Of a stretch of 64,000 bases of DNA, positions 26,192 to 40,400 are shown piece by piece. The stretch covers positions 91,580,943 to 91,644,942 of the forward strand of contig NC_068988.1 of assembly GCF_001194135.2 (NCBI RefSeq), given 5' to 3'. The position numbers and the translations under genes were made by a program. The DNA is from Octopus bimaculoides (taxonomy: Eukaryota). The notes beneath the pieces were generated by a model that worked only from the letters and a program-made list of their open reading frames with translations, made no database searches and was not told the DNA's origin. Position 1 is the stretch's first letter, and the number at the start of each line of letters is the position of its first letter.

Positions 26192-29100
26192 TGTTGGGTC
26201 AAGAGGACGAGGGCAGTAACCCAGTGTCTTTGCAAGCCCTCCTAGATAGGTGAGATTGATGTCATTAACGTACTTGAACATTTTAAAACTATATTTTTAA
26301 TTGTTGTGGGAAAGATATGAGCAGGCAGAGAACTCCAGAGGACTGATGTTCAAGGAAGGAAGAACCGAGTACAATGGTTAATGTAGAGCTGGTAGAGGAG
26401 GGATTAGCTGAAGCATTGCTAATGCAGCCATATGTGATTTACCCAATGCACAATGTAATAGTTGAGGTAAGGCTTGAACCTATGACTAATCTAGAGAGGT
26501 AGTAGATTTAATCCATTCATAGGTGACTTGTGGCCCATAGGACTTTCTGAATGGCATGCTTAACAAAAAAATTACCATGAATTTTTTTTAGTAGAGTAGT
26601 CTGCATGATGAGGAGCCAAGTCTCATGTGGCTTGCTTGAAAAAGGTTGCCCACCCTGGTCTGCTCTATTGTCTGGTGTAACACCACCAGGTGGCCTTCAG
26701 AATGTTTTTCAAAGTCCACATTGTTGCAGATATTTAGACCAGGTGTCTAACCTACAACCTACTAATTATTGATTCTTTCTGTCACCTGTCCAAAGGACCT
26801 GGTGAGAAAGACATGAATCTTGCTTTTTCTCTTCTGACTAAATCTTAAAAAAGGTTTTAAAAAAAAAGGAAAGTTATCTAGTTTGATGCCACATCATCTC
26901 AGTAGTGCTATGGAAGAATTATAGTGAATAATGATAGCAGTTACAGGTACACACATGTGATGGCTGTCATCATCAATACTGTATTATATCTTGATTGAAC
27001 CAGACACTGAACCAACCCCTGCCCTGCCCTGCATACCCAACTACAGTGAGGTCACAATGACACAACAGTGGAGTAAGTGAACTAAAGAATTCTGTAAATG
27101 TTGCAATTTGTAGATCTACCCAATCCCCACCATCCTCCTCCACCTCTTTTAACATCAGTTGTTCCATGTTTGGCATGGGTTGGACAGTTTGACCAGAGCT
27201 GCACCAGGTTCCAACGGCTGGATGCCCTTACTAATGCCAACCGCTTTACAGTGTGTGATGGTGTTTTTAATGTGGCACCAGAACAAACACTTATGTGACG
27301 CCAGCACATGGAAAAGACAGATGAAGGTTTTTTTTTTGTTTTTTGTTTTCTCTTCTTATTTAAATAACATTCCCATCTTGGCCAGTTTAGAGCCATGTGA
27401 GATGATGAGATTAAACCTGAGATGCAAGGCTTTTTTTTTATGAAACAGAACCACAGATAGAACTGAGCTAAACCTTAACAGCTAACAACTAGGTGGACTG
27501 TATTCATTAAATAGTATCTATTTAGAGCTAGATGGACTGTACATCCTCGTGGTAGCTATTTACAGACAAGAAGATTGATTCACTACATGGTATCTTTTTA
27601 TAGCTATGTGGACTGCATGTACTACAGGGCATCTATTTAGATATAGATACATTGTCTGAAAAACAAAAAAAGCTATCATGTAGGTACAGACTTCACTCTC
27701 AGATGTTACAGATAGATTTCAGACACAGCTTGGTGGATTGTGCCAATGACTTCATGACAAACACAGTAGGACATTAGAGAAAAAGTATGAAATCCTGACT
27801 TCATCTCATAACCCCTGATCTCAGCTCATTATTGCAATCTCATTGACCCCGGAGCAATCTTGGCAGTTGTAAATTAGAATAAGATTTTAAAAAGTTAAAA
27901 ATTGTTAAAAAGGAAAAAATAAAATAAAATTTTAAAAACAAAAATAAAGAAACAAAAGAGAACAAAAGATAACGAGTTTGCTGGCAATTGAGACCCATTC
28001 CTACACGAGGAATGACTTTTAATTTAATTAAACTCAACATACAAAATATAGTCTCGTTCAATTAAAGATTAAAAAAAAAAAAAANNNNNNNNNNAAAAAC
28101 ATGCAAAGAGATTGGGGTAACAACAGCAACAACAACAAAAGGCCATTCTGGCATTTGATGGTATGGACAGTGGTCAGTTGAGATGTCTTCATTAGGTGGA
28201 TGTTGGGTCATCTCAGCAGACTTTTGGTTTCAATTTCTTCACTTTTATCCAGAGATGATAGAGGAACATTAGTAGTAGTAACACACAGTAAATGCAAAAA
28301 TGATGTAGTAGTGTGTGGTATGTGTGTGTGTGTGTGTATGTGTTACAAATATGTCTGTATGTAGTACAGTATAAAATACACAAAAGGTTGGGGCACAGTC
28401 GCCATAAACTTTGCAGTCCTCCCTGACTGTAAAACCTGCCCCTCCTACCAACAACCTCAATAAATAACTATATACTCCTCAGATCAAATACTTCCATATT
28501 AATTACTAATTAATTAAGATATAGATTTACAAAAAAGAGGAAAGCAAGTGAGAGGGAGATCGACAACTAATCAACTCTCAGAATAATCTATATTTCAGCC
28601 AATTATATCACAGAAATTTACATCATAAACATATTGCAAATGTGAGGAGGTGGAGGAAGTGGCGTATAGTTGTGTGGACTGATCTCCACTATATTACAGG
28701 TAACAATGAAAAATGACCCTCCAGGAAGCCCCTTCAGATGACTAGGAGCAACTGAAGTGCTTACTTTTATCCCTGACGGTTCTGAGTTCAAATCTAACCA
28801 CAGTCGACCTTGCTTCTTACTCCTCTAAGGTAAATACAATAAATACTTACTCATGGTCAACCGTCCACTATATTCCTTTTTACTATTTTAGCCATTTTTA
28901 TTTTATAAATAATAATAAAAATTATAATAATGGGTGTTTCATTCATCATCCTTAAACAAACCTTATTCAGGGACCTTTTGAGCAGAATGGACTACTCAAC
29001 CTGAAGAAAATTTTAACTGGGTCCCATCTGCAAGGTCATGCACTGCTTATCTTGATGTGAGATCACTATGCCATGCATGTGCCTGGTGTACCATTATCAG

Positions 29101-31410
29101 ACGGGTAGTCATGATGGGTATATTGAGCTTCCTATATCTGTACCCCGGTGTCACTTTGATGGTATACGCTGCTCTCTCACTCAATTATAATAATTGATGA
29201 TGATGATAACAATCCTTTCTATATTAGGTGCAAGGCCTGAAATTTTGGGGGATAGGACTAGTTGATTACATCAACCCTAGCGTTTCGTTGCAACTTACTT
29301 CATCAACCCCCATAATAATTCTTCTTACTATAGGTACAGTGCCTGAGATTTTGGTGGCAGTGGGGGTAGCTGCTTATATTGATCCCAGAGTTCAGCTGGT
29401 ATTTATTTTATCAACCCCATGATGAAAGTCAAAATCAACCTCAGTTGAATTTGAACTCAGAATGTAAAACCTGAAGAAATACCGTTAAGCGTTCTGTCCA
29501 ACATGCTAATGAGTCTCCTAGCTTGCTGCCTTTGTGGGAGAGGAGTCAAATCAATTCCAGTACTTAACTGGTACTTTATTTTATTGACCCTCGAAGGATG
29601 AATAGACAAGCTGGCCTCAGTAGAATTTGGACTCAAAGCAATAAAGACAACAAGGCATTTTGTCCAATGGTCTAACAATTCTGCCAAACAGTCAATTAAA
29701 TTGGTTTCAAATTTCGACACAAGGCCAATAATTTCGGGGGAAGGGGTAAGTCAATTACATCGACCCAAGTGCTCAACTGGTACTTTATTTTATTGACCTT
29801 GAAAGGATGAAAGGCAAAATTGACCTTGGTGGAATTTGAACTCAGAACATAAAATTACAGATGAAATGCTGCTGCTGCTAAGCATTTTGCCTTACATGCT
29901 AACGATTCTGCCAGCAACTGCCTTAAACAGTCAATTAAATTGATATCAGTATATAACCATCAGAAGGATGTAAAGTATTCTCTAGCAGAATTTGACCTGA
30001 AACAACAAGATGTAACTAAATGCAAGGACACTGTTATTCCAGTGCTTAATAATTTTGGCAATACACCAATAATGATTTCCAACAGAAGCACAATGGTTCA
30101 AACTTAAGAGGGGTAGTGAATAGTGGATTATTATTAAGGAACTCCAGCACTTAGTGCTGTCTCAAAAATATTTTATTTTCTATTGATCAAACTACTAAGT
30201 TATAGTTTTGTCTTTTTTATATGAAGGGGACTCAGCACCCATAAATACACACACACCTATTTATATATATATGTATATATGTGTGTATGTATGTATGTGT
30301 GAAAGAGTTAAGACTGAGAAAAGAACCTTGTTAGAAAGTCAAAAGACACTAACCTTTGGCAAGAGATTTCACAAAACGTGTGTGGGCTTTGCTTCTATAG
30401 ATGTGCAAGCGCTTTCAGTTCTTAACATTTTGAAGCACGTGTTACTATATATAGGGGAATTTGTTTTCAGTAAAATTGTTGTTGACTATTTCCAGTCTTG
30501 TTTCGGACTCAGAAATCTTATGAAATATTCTTCTTTTGCCTTCCGGAGAAGGTCGTTCTCTTCATTTATTTTATGAAGAGGGAAAATTGTAAATTTTCCT
30601 TGTGCACAAGTGTCCAAATGATCGCTACATGGCATACATCTAAGAGCAGATGTTTTATTTGATGTCTATGCACATTTTCACGGTTGGTTAGTTTCATTTT
30701 TCTTCCCCCAATATAATGTTCGTTGCATTGTGGGCATGTGATACAATATATCAGGTTTTTGCTTTTGCAGTTCATATTTGCATTCACCTTTAATTCTTTT
30801 CCATTCTTGGATTTTTTTACTAGTCTCTGTTCTATTAAATAATATGTCCCATATCGGGGGTCTCCACATTTAGTAACTTGCATCATTTCTTCCTCTGATG
30901 CAAATCTTGCTTTGGTTAGAAGTTTTTTAAGATTTGGTGGTAGCCTTCGGCTGTTGATTATTTGTTGTTCCTTAATTATTTGTCGGAGACATGGGGACTG
31001 GTGTAGAATTGGTAGATGGTGTTTGGCTATTTGTAGAATATTGTGGTTCTTAAGATTGTTTGTAGAATCCCACCCATGCATAAGGAAAATTTACAATTTT
31101 CCCTCTTCATAAAACAAATGAAGAGAACGACCTTCTCTGGAAGGCAAAAGAAGAATATTTCATAAGATTTCTGAGTCCAAAACTAAACTGGAAATAGTCA
31201 ACAACAATTTTACTGAAAACAAGTTCCACTATATATAATAACATGTGCTTAAAAATGTTAAGAACTGAAAGCGCTTGCACATCTATAAAAGCAAAGCCCA
31301 CACACATTTTGTGAAATCTCTTGCCAAAGGTTAGTGTATTTTGACTTTCTAAAAAGGGTCTTTTCTTAATCTTAACTCTTTGAGAAAAAAAATCTCTCCA
31401 AATATATATA

Positions 31411-31470
<60 letters not shown>

Positions 31471-34400
31471 TACAAAAATATACTTTTATAAAAATATACA
31501 CACATATACATACAGCTATACTTTAGAAGAATGAGTGCTCAACACTACATGGATGAATAAATAATTTCTTTTAATAGAATTCAGTAATCCCATACCAAAG
31601 GTTTCATGCAGTTTATTTGCAGTTATTCAATCAGAGTTTAAATAACAGCCGACAACTCTACCATTTAACTGATGACAGTATTGTGTGTGTGTGTGTGTGT
31701 GCTCTCTCATACATACACACAAATATACAAGGGGGTACTGAAATTTTTCTAGCTTTGGGTGAAAGAAAATACAGGGGGATTAGTTAATTATGATTTTATT
31801 CAACATATTCCCCTCTCAGATTCACACACTTATTGCAGCAGTCCTTCAGTTTTCGTAAGCCCTGTAAAAGAACTTGGAAGTTTGGGCCCCAACCAAGCCT
31901 TTCACAATACCCTTAAAGCTAGGAGCTTTTCAGCATCACCTATGTGTAAATATATATATATACACAGACACACACACACACAAACACTTGACTTGGCTAA
32001 TCTACAGGAATGCTTTGTTATGATAGGAAATTGTGTGACTTTTATGCCTTCTTCAAGAACAAGAACAACAAAAAATCAAGTGAGATGATTCCAAGAAGGA
32101 ATAGAAACTGGCCAAACAATGAGTAAGCGCACCAAGAACTCGGTGTGGGGTATCTAAATTATTAAAAAAAAAAATTCATTTACTTTTTAAGTTACCAAAG
32201 AAAAAAGGCATAAGGAGATTAAATCTCACTCAAATATATTACTGGTACTTTAATGATATTCTGAAGTGACGAAAGACAAAATCCTACCACAGCAGGTTTA
32301 GCTTACAACAGGAAGGCATCAAACTAGATACCAGAAAAATATCTGGCTCACTTCTGCATCCGTGCTATCACCACCACCAGCATCAATAACAATAAACAAA
32401 ACAGAGGGATATACTCTTGGATTAGCCACAGCCAAGTCAGGGGTCAGCTATAGCAGGAATGAGCAGCATTGGACAATAACAAAAACAACCACATAGTGGA
32501 ATGTGTAGGGTTTCAATGAAAAACCCTTGGTGTTACTCTATTGAAACACCAAGTAAAATAAAGTTAAACAATTTAAGAACAAATTACAAAAAATAGAAAT
32601 TGAACCTACATCTATTTTGACTGAATAGGGGAGGGGCAATGTGGATGGCAGTTTTGACATGAAACTTTTTGGAATCACAGACTTAGGATGGTTTTGGTAG
32701 TTTTAGATACTCACTGAATATTCTCAGTAAGCCAAGAGTAGATTTTACAGACTGAGTAAGGAGAAGGTATTCTGGTCTCATTTTATATGCTACAACAGTA
32801 TTTTCCCTGTTATAACATGGTTGGCTGGTTGTACACATTTCGATATAAGCATGTGAATTATTGAAGTGCAAACTACTTAACTGTAACATGTAGTATCTAT
32901 TATCAGCCAAGCAGACTGAGGCACAGTTATAGCAGCATGCTATGTGTCACAACATAACAGGGGATGCAATGTTCAAACTGAAGCTGTCTTTTCTACAGTT
33001 AACACCCAACCCCCTAGGTTAACAAGATGTTTCTACTGATGTGAAAACTAAATTATTGTAGCCAAAATATTATAGATATGAGGCTGAATCAAGTGTTAAG
33101 ACATGGGAACTAATATTTCACATCCCGCATTTAGTAGGTGTGAATATATAACTTGACTAGAAGCACAACACAGACTACTGCAGGGATAAAACCCTGATCT
33201 TTGGTTTACTCAGGCAAATACCTAAAATCCCTGCCATTATACAAAAATAAATATATACATTGAAAAAATATTTTCATCTACAATCTCAATTAAAAATGAG
33301 GAAGGTGTGGGAGATAAGACAGCTTTGCAGACAGAAGTGAGACATGACAGGGATAACACATCTTCACAGAATAATGAGACAGAGCCATAACGAGTATCAT
33401 AGTGTAATGAGATGTCATAGTGCAGTGAGTCATAACAGCATGGTGAGTCATAACAGCATGAGGAGTCATAACAGCATGAGGAGTCATAACAGCATGAGGA
33501 GTCATAACAGCATGAGGAGTCATTACAGCATGAGGAGTCATAACAGCATGAGGAGTCATAACAGCATGAGGAGTCATAACAGCATGAGGAGTCATAACAG
33601 CATGAGGAGTCATAACAGCATGAGGAGTCATAACAGCATGAGGAGTCATAGCAGCATGAGGAGTCATTACAGCATGATGAGTCATTACAGCATAGTGAGT
33701 TGGGACAGTGGGGTGAGTCATAGTGAAATGCTAAGTCATTACAGCATGATGAGTCATTACAGCATGATGAGTCGTTACAGCATGGTGAGTCATTACAGCA
33801 TGGTGAGTCGTTACAGCATGGTGAGTCGTTACAGCATGGTGAGTCGTTACAGTGTGGTGAGTTCTCACAGCATGGAGAGTCATCACAGCATAGTGAATCG
33901 GTGTCACAATGTGATAGACAATATCACGATGCAACAAGATAGTGTCACAATGTGGTGTAGCATCACAGTGAGGAGTGTCACTGTTACAGTGAAGTGAGAC
34001 ATTACACAGAGAAATGATAGTGTCACTGTGAGGTGAGGTATCATTTTTACATCTTCACATATAAAAATTAACAATCAAACAACTCCAGAATGAGTAAAAA
34101 ATAGATGAAAAGGCCAGTTAACAAAAAATACACATTGTGCTTCTGGGGTGGCTGAAATACAGAAATCAACAAATACTTCTGCATTAGACCTTTTGTCTTA
34201 ACACTAAACATATAACATGTTTAAATTATTTGCAGCACTGAAAATATTAGATAGATAGATAGATAGAGAGAGAGAAAAAGAGAGAGAGAGAGAGTGTGTG
34301 TGTGTGTGTGTGTGTGTGTGATCACAGGGAGAAAATATTAAAAAATAGATACACTTTAATAAACTGGAAGACACTGGTCAAGGAAGCAGCTGACTGAAAC

Positions 34401-37400
34401 TTTAAATACATTTCCAGAATCATCTCAAAATAACTTTTAATAAACAACCTAAAATTAAAATGTAATCTATTCTATTTACACTATTCCCAAACTCTTCACA
34501 TAAAAACAAATAAAATACATTGTCATTGAGACATGATGAAAACAAGGGGTTGCATAGCTTGTGGGGTTCATGTATATATACAACATATCTTTTATCCCAA
34601 GTGTAAGTCAAGGCTATGTTAATCTTCTGCTAAGTTGATAATGTATGTTAAGGTTACAATAACCTAAGTCCGAACAGACAGATCATCTTAGATGTTATTT
34701 GTACATATATGCTTGTAAATAATCTTGAATGTACATGTGTGTAATTGTGGTTTGTAAATGTGCACACGAGTGTGTAATAGTATGTATGTATGTAGGCACA
34801 AATGTGGGTAGGAAATTATTTACCATAAAACATGTAAGCAAAAGAAATTGGGACAAAAAGGAAAATGAAGGCAAGTAAACAGATTCTCACCGTTTTCTCA
34901 GCTTCAAGTTTGGTACCATAGTCACTAGTGGATTCCCTGAGTTTTTGCTCAAAATCAGCTACACTTATCACAGATTCGGAAGTCTGACACTGACCATCAC
35001 ACTGTTTTGGCCGAGCAGCAAGCTGCCTGTATTCTAGCAGCTCAGCTTGAGTCTGTTTTAAGTTGGCCTCACACTCAGTCAGTTTGGAAGTGAGATTTTG
35101 GTTCAGCTCAGACATGGCAGCATTAAGAGTGGTGGACAGTTCACAATGTAGTGAATGTAATGCCTGCTCTTTCTCCGCATTTAACTTGGATTGCATCGAC
35201 TTATATTCCTCATCTAAGTTTGCATAATCCAATTTCAGGGATTCTAAGGAAGCGGTATGTTCTTTAATCAGCAGCTGCTTTGCTTCCTCAACAGCTTGCA
35301 TTTTCTCAGACATGAAACTGCTTTCTAGTTTCTCAATCAGCTCAGCTTTCTCTTTCTTGTTTGTCTCAGAGAAAGTGTCAGACATGTTAGATATATCTTG
35401 CATTAACTGATCCACCCTGCACTGTGCACATTCCAGATTATTTGATACCTGCGACATTTCCTCATTTTTCTGTGCAAGGAGACCTTCATACTCACTGCGT
35501 TGCTTATCAAGCCCCACCTCCATCTCCTTCTGACATTTATCACTTAACTGCTTTAAACTTTTCTCTTTCTCATCTTCCAGGAAACTTATCTTTTGACTAA
35601 GCAACTCACACTGGTTTTTATTCTGCCTCAGCTCCTCTTCAAGAGCACTGTTTTCTTGTTCCATCTCCTTAATCTGTTCATTGGCCTTACCCAATTTTTC
35701 AGTCATCATCTGGAGTGCAATTTCGTGTTCTTTCTGGAAAGCCAAGAAATTATCAGCACGCTCTTTATCTTTATTTTCATTGAACATACGGATAGCGTCC
35801 ATGAGGTTTTCCTCGACATGACTTGCATTTCTTATAAAATCAATTTGATTTTGCCGCATCAGTTCATGTAGTTCACACAGTTGTTCGCGGAACTCTGGCA
35901 GGCTGCGTTCCGTGGTGTTTTTAAGAGCCTTCAGTTTGTCTAACGTGACACCAAAGCTGGCACGACAGGCTTGCAGTTCTCGAGAGAGTTTCTCCGACAG
36001 TTCACACTTCTCCTGCAGCATCTTCTGTAGGTCTTCCTTTGGTATTCCCTTATGTAACGGAGCTTCAATAGATGACGGCATAGATTCATCAAAGTAAAAA
36101 TCAGCTGTTGTGAATTCCTGTGAAGTTTCCACTTCAGGAGAGGTGTCTGATGCCAGATGACCTTTCCAGTGATGTCTTCGACTTGAAACACTCTCACTGC
36201 TCTGTTCAACGCTCTGATTGACTGCATCGGTGTCACAGGAGAGACGGTAGCTGTCACTGGTTCCCGCTTGTGCATCACCAACCTGTTTAGCAGGAGATCC
36301 AGATTTCATCATTAAATCCTCTTTATCTATGCAAAAATCTTCATCAATGGCAACAGCTGCTGCATCAGATGAATGCGTGCCAAAATCAACAGGGGGGGTT
36401 TGGCAATAACTGTCATTACTCTGAGTATGTGGTGAGTTGACAATAGTAAATGGACAGATGTTCTGAGATGTAGCAGTAGCAGCATCAATGGCAGATACTG
36501 ACTGGCTGGCTTCTTCCTTCTGCTCTTCTTTGTTGGTCAGCTTTAAGGATAACCTATCTTCAACCAACTCCGGAGAAATGTTACGAAGATCTTGAAACAC
36601 TTGCTTACTGACATTCACACAAAGTTGATTATAAAGATTTTTCTTTGGAGGCATTCTGGAAAACAGGATTAAAAAGAGGAAGAAAAAAAATTTAGACTTT
36701 CTCAGTGAATTAACAGTAGAAGATTAATTAACAATAAGTGGATTAATAAGTAACAGGAAATCTATAGGATGACTGAACTCTCAGGGACACAGTTTCAAGT
36801 ATTAATCTGGATCCACACAAACTTGGTTTTACTACTGCTCTAACCCTTTCTTCCTCTAACACTAACCTGAACATTGTAACAATCCTTCTACCCCTACATC
36901 ATCTTGTAACTGCTTCCTACCTCTGTATCTCTCCACTAACCACTCAACATTAAAAAATTTCCCTCAAGTGTCCATGACGGCCTGTATATAACACACTAAA
37001 CAGTTATGGATTCTGATACTGACCCTTCCCCGTAAAAGATGCTTCTGACCAACAGTAAACTATAAAAGCTAGGGGAGGAAAAAAAAAATGGGCTGTCAGA
37101 ACTCAAACAATTGACCCATATTACACCCTGGCATCAAACTGCCCAGCATCACCACCACGTTACCCACACAACTACGACAGCAAGAAGATGAAACCAAGGT
37201 AACTTACATGAGTGAACTAGCTAATTCTGGAACAGCTGTTTTCAGTTTTTCAATGTCATCACTTGTAATCTCTGGGATGTTGTGATCGAAAGTACGTGGA
37301 GGGGTTGTCTGTAGGGGGAAGAAGAAACATTGATATGGTTTTGTGAGTAGGGGTGAAGAAGAACATTGACATGGCTCAGTAAATAGGGTGAAGAACATTG

Positions 37401-40400
37401 AAATGACTTAGCAAGTAGGAAGGGACATTGATAAGGCACACTGAATAGGGAAAAATAATTGATATGATTCAAAAAATGGGTAGAAGTTTGATTTGGCCCA
37501 GTGAGTAGGGAAGAAGAGAGAACTTTTATGTGATTTTGTGAATGAAGTAGGTTTAGTGATCGTTATCAACAAAGACATGATGTTGAAATATAAATTATGT
37601 TTGAAAATTTTGTATTTACTCTAACAAAGCTTAATTACAGATGAAGGATGATTCTGAGAGGGAGTTACATTTCACAAAGGGATTTATTAACAGGGATGTG
37701 AAGCAAGTGTATCCAAAGACCCAGTATTTGGTGATGTAATTGTGTTACATTGTTTGTATTAATGCTTTATATCCACTTGTCCATGATTACATGCTTAATT
37801 TGTTGGATGAATTGTCTTTACAGTTAATGGATGGATGGATGTGGAGGCGCAATGGCCCAGTGGTTAGGGCAGCGGACTCGCAGTCATAGGATCGTGGTTT
37901 CGATTCCCAGACCGGGCGTTGTGTGTGTTTATTGAGCGAAAACACCAAAAGCTCCACGAGGTTCCTGTTGTACTCTTTCACCACAACTTTCTCTCACTCT
38001 TACTTCCTGTTTCTGTTGTGCCTGTAATTCAAAGGGTCAGCCTTGTCACACTGTGTAACGCTGAATATCCCTGAGAACTACGTTAAAGGTACACGTGTCT
38101 GTGGAGTGCTCAGCCACTTGCACGTTAATTTCACGAGCAGGCTGTTCCGTTGATCGGATCAACTGGAACCCTCGACGTCATAAGCGACGGAGTGCCAACA
38201 ACAACAGTTAATGGATGTATTTACTAACACTGATCTCTGAACAGTGTAGCACAGGACATGAGAATAGGACAAAGAAAGAGTTGTGTTTCTTGGTTAATGG
38301 TGTAACACTGAAGTTATATAGTAAGATATGAACTTATAACTATGTGGCTAAAAGGTTCAATACTAAACCATAGTGTTACTGTGCTCTTCATAATAATTAT
38401 ACCAAGCATAGACACAATGGTACAGAGGGAACAGTCACGAAAATTTCAGCCAGAATTGACAGATACTTTACTGATGCTGGAAAGATGAGAAAACAAAGCC
38501 AGCTTCAACGGGAATTGAACAAAGAATGTAAAAGTATGTAACTAAAATATAGAGATATACCATATTTCCCAGCATAGATGTCAAACTTTTCAGTCCAAAA
38601 TTTAGAGCCAAGAAAGGTAGGCCGACTTATACACCAAGACAACATTGGAGGACCAAAAATTCCATGTAAAATGCAACAGGATTTGGAAAGATGGTGACAA
38701 TGTTTGAATCTTAACATTGCATGTTTACAATATATACTATGTGAACTTGTATACTAAAAAATACAGCATACAAATATTTACAAATTCCACTGCACAGAGG
38801 CCTCGACTCCTGATGGAGTCATAAGGACACTGTCATAAGCTATAGCATGTCTTGGGTAATTTTTAGATCTGGTGGAATCCATCTCTTTTCTGGTTTGGTC
38901 ATAGCCAATTTCTCTTAGAGGATGAGGAGAGTCAAACAGACAGACATAAAGAAAGAGAAATAAAAAGAATTGACTCTAGTATAAGACTTGTACTTAACCA
39001 CTCTGAAAAAGTGAAAGGCAATCTTGACATTGGCAGTATTTGAACTCAGAGGCCAAACGTTCAAACAGCTCAGCCAATGTACACGTTAGCATCTACACAA
39101 ACACATCTTTCTAATTGTTAACCAGTCAACTTGTAGTAAGGTTAGAACTTATGACTCAAATTTCAAAAGTGTTCATCCATAACTTAAAAAAAAAAAATCC
39201 TTCTTATTTCAGTTATAAACTCTTTAATATCAACCTACTTTAAGACCAGTTTTTTTTTAGAATGGCTCATACTTATATCAAAATTCTCAACTGAAATCTT
39301 GTTATAAAATAAATGATAATGTGGTATTTCAGTGGGTAAAAGATTACATCACAGTTTTATAAAACAGTATCTTATGTTATGTTTCAAACACCAACTTAAT
39401 ATACCAAGGTGGGTTAATATACTGAGAAATTAGGTTAGTTATTTTAATGTGTCTCCTCCACCTCCAAATAATAAACAGATTATTCCGAAACTGAATAGAA
39501 ATACATAAATAGTGTGTACACCTGCCAGAAATATAGTTGTGGTAAGTTTAAATAGATTGCTGAGGAGAATGTGAGGTAAGTATGTCTAGTGTAGCCAGAT
39601 CATATAAGTTCCTGCATCAGGTAGCTCTCATAAGTGTCTGGTACAGTTAACCTTTATTTCAGGAGTCTCTAATACAGCCAGGCCACATTGTGAGTTCCTG
39701 TCCTAAATCATCTTCCAAGGAAACATTGAACAGACAGACTGTATAGAAGAGAAAATGGGCTGGGACCTTGCTCCACTCCTGTATTATACAAGTATGGTGC
39801 ATTTTGATGATGGTCACTAGCAGTATGAGGACAGATGAAGTAACAGATAGTGAAAGCCGAAGGAGGTAACTAACATATTAAAGTATAGGATCTTTTCACT
39901 TTCATTGGCAGATCGAGAAATTAATTTTTTGTAACTGAACACTTTCAAACTTCGGACACTGGTAGAATGTGTCATATAAAACATCTTTTACTCTTAGCGT
40001 TGTTGAGAAAAGTTTCTATTTACGAAGTTATTTCGTGTTAAAGTTGTCGTGTTTCAGTAATTTCAACCAATCAATGACGTGTATTCAGCTGAATAAAATT
40101 ACTGCTGTTGTTTGTCAACAACAACTATTGGCAGTGTATATTCCGTTTGTCACTGTTATTTATGACATCGTTCGTGCGTTTGTACTGGTTTTAGCTTTAG
40201 GGTTAGGGTGTTAAGGTTGGGGGGTTAGGGTTACGGTAAAAAGTGAAAAATGAAGAAATTGGAGTGAGGAGTATATTATTATCAACAACAATAAATAACA
40301 GTTGATTGACTTACAGCAAACTTTGATGGTTCATCATGTAAGCCATGGAACAGGGACTGAATGAAATGTTTATCTGCAATGGAAGAAAACAAATAATCAT

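Noticed and set aside
24850-27110. Possible old L1/Tx1-like LINE relic on minus
   Set aside because: Only vague peptide resemblance and no intact diagnostic motif; needs a translated search against Repbase.
28140-28290. Minus-strand open stretch [20 protein letters not shown]...
   Set aside because: No usable acceptor or donor found; exons 15 and 16 already join in frame.
31600-31636. Hammerhead-like motif on minus (CTGATTGA...TGCA/TGCA...TGAAAC)
   Set aside because: Insertion in the core, weak stem II and no stem I; too degenerate to call.
33290-33997. 143-aa and 217-aa repeat ORFs called as genes
   Set aside because: Fully explained by an 18-bp minisatellite; no splice or homology support.
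35900-36560. LIR/FIR-like motifs in the Ser-rich part of exon 15
   Set aside because: No convincing acidic-[WFY]xx[LIV] match; short motifs arise by chance.
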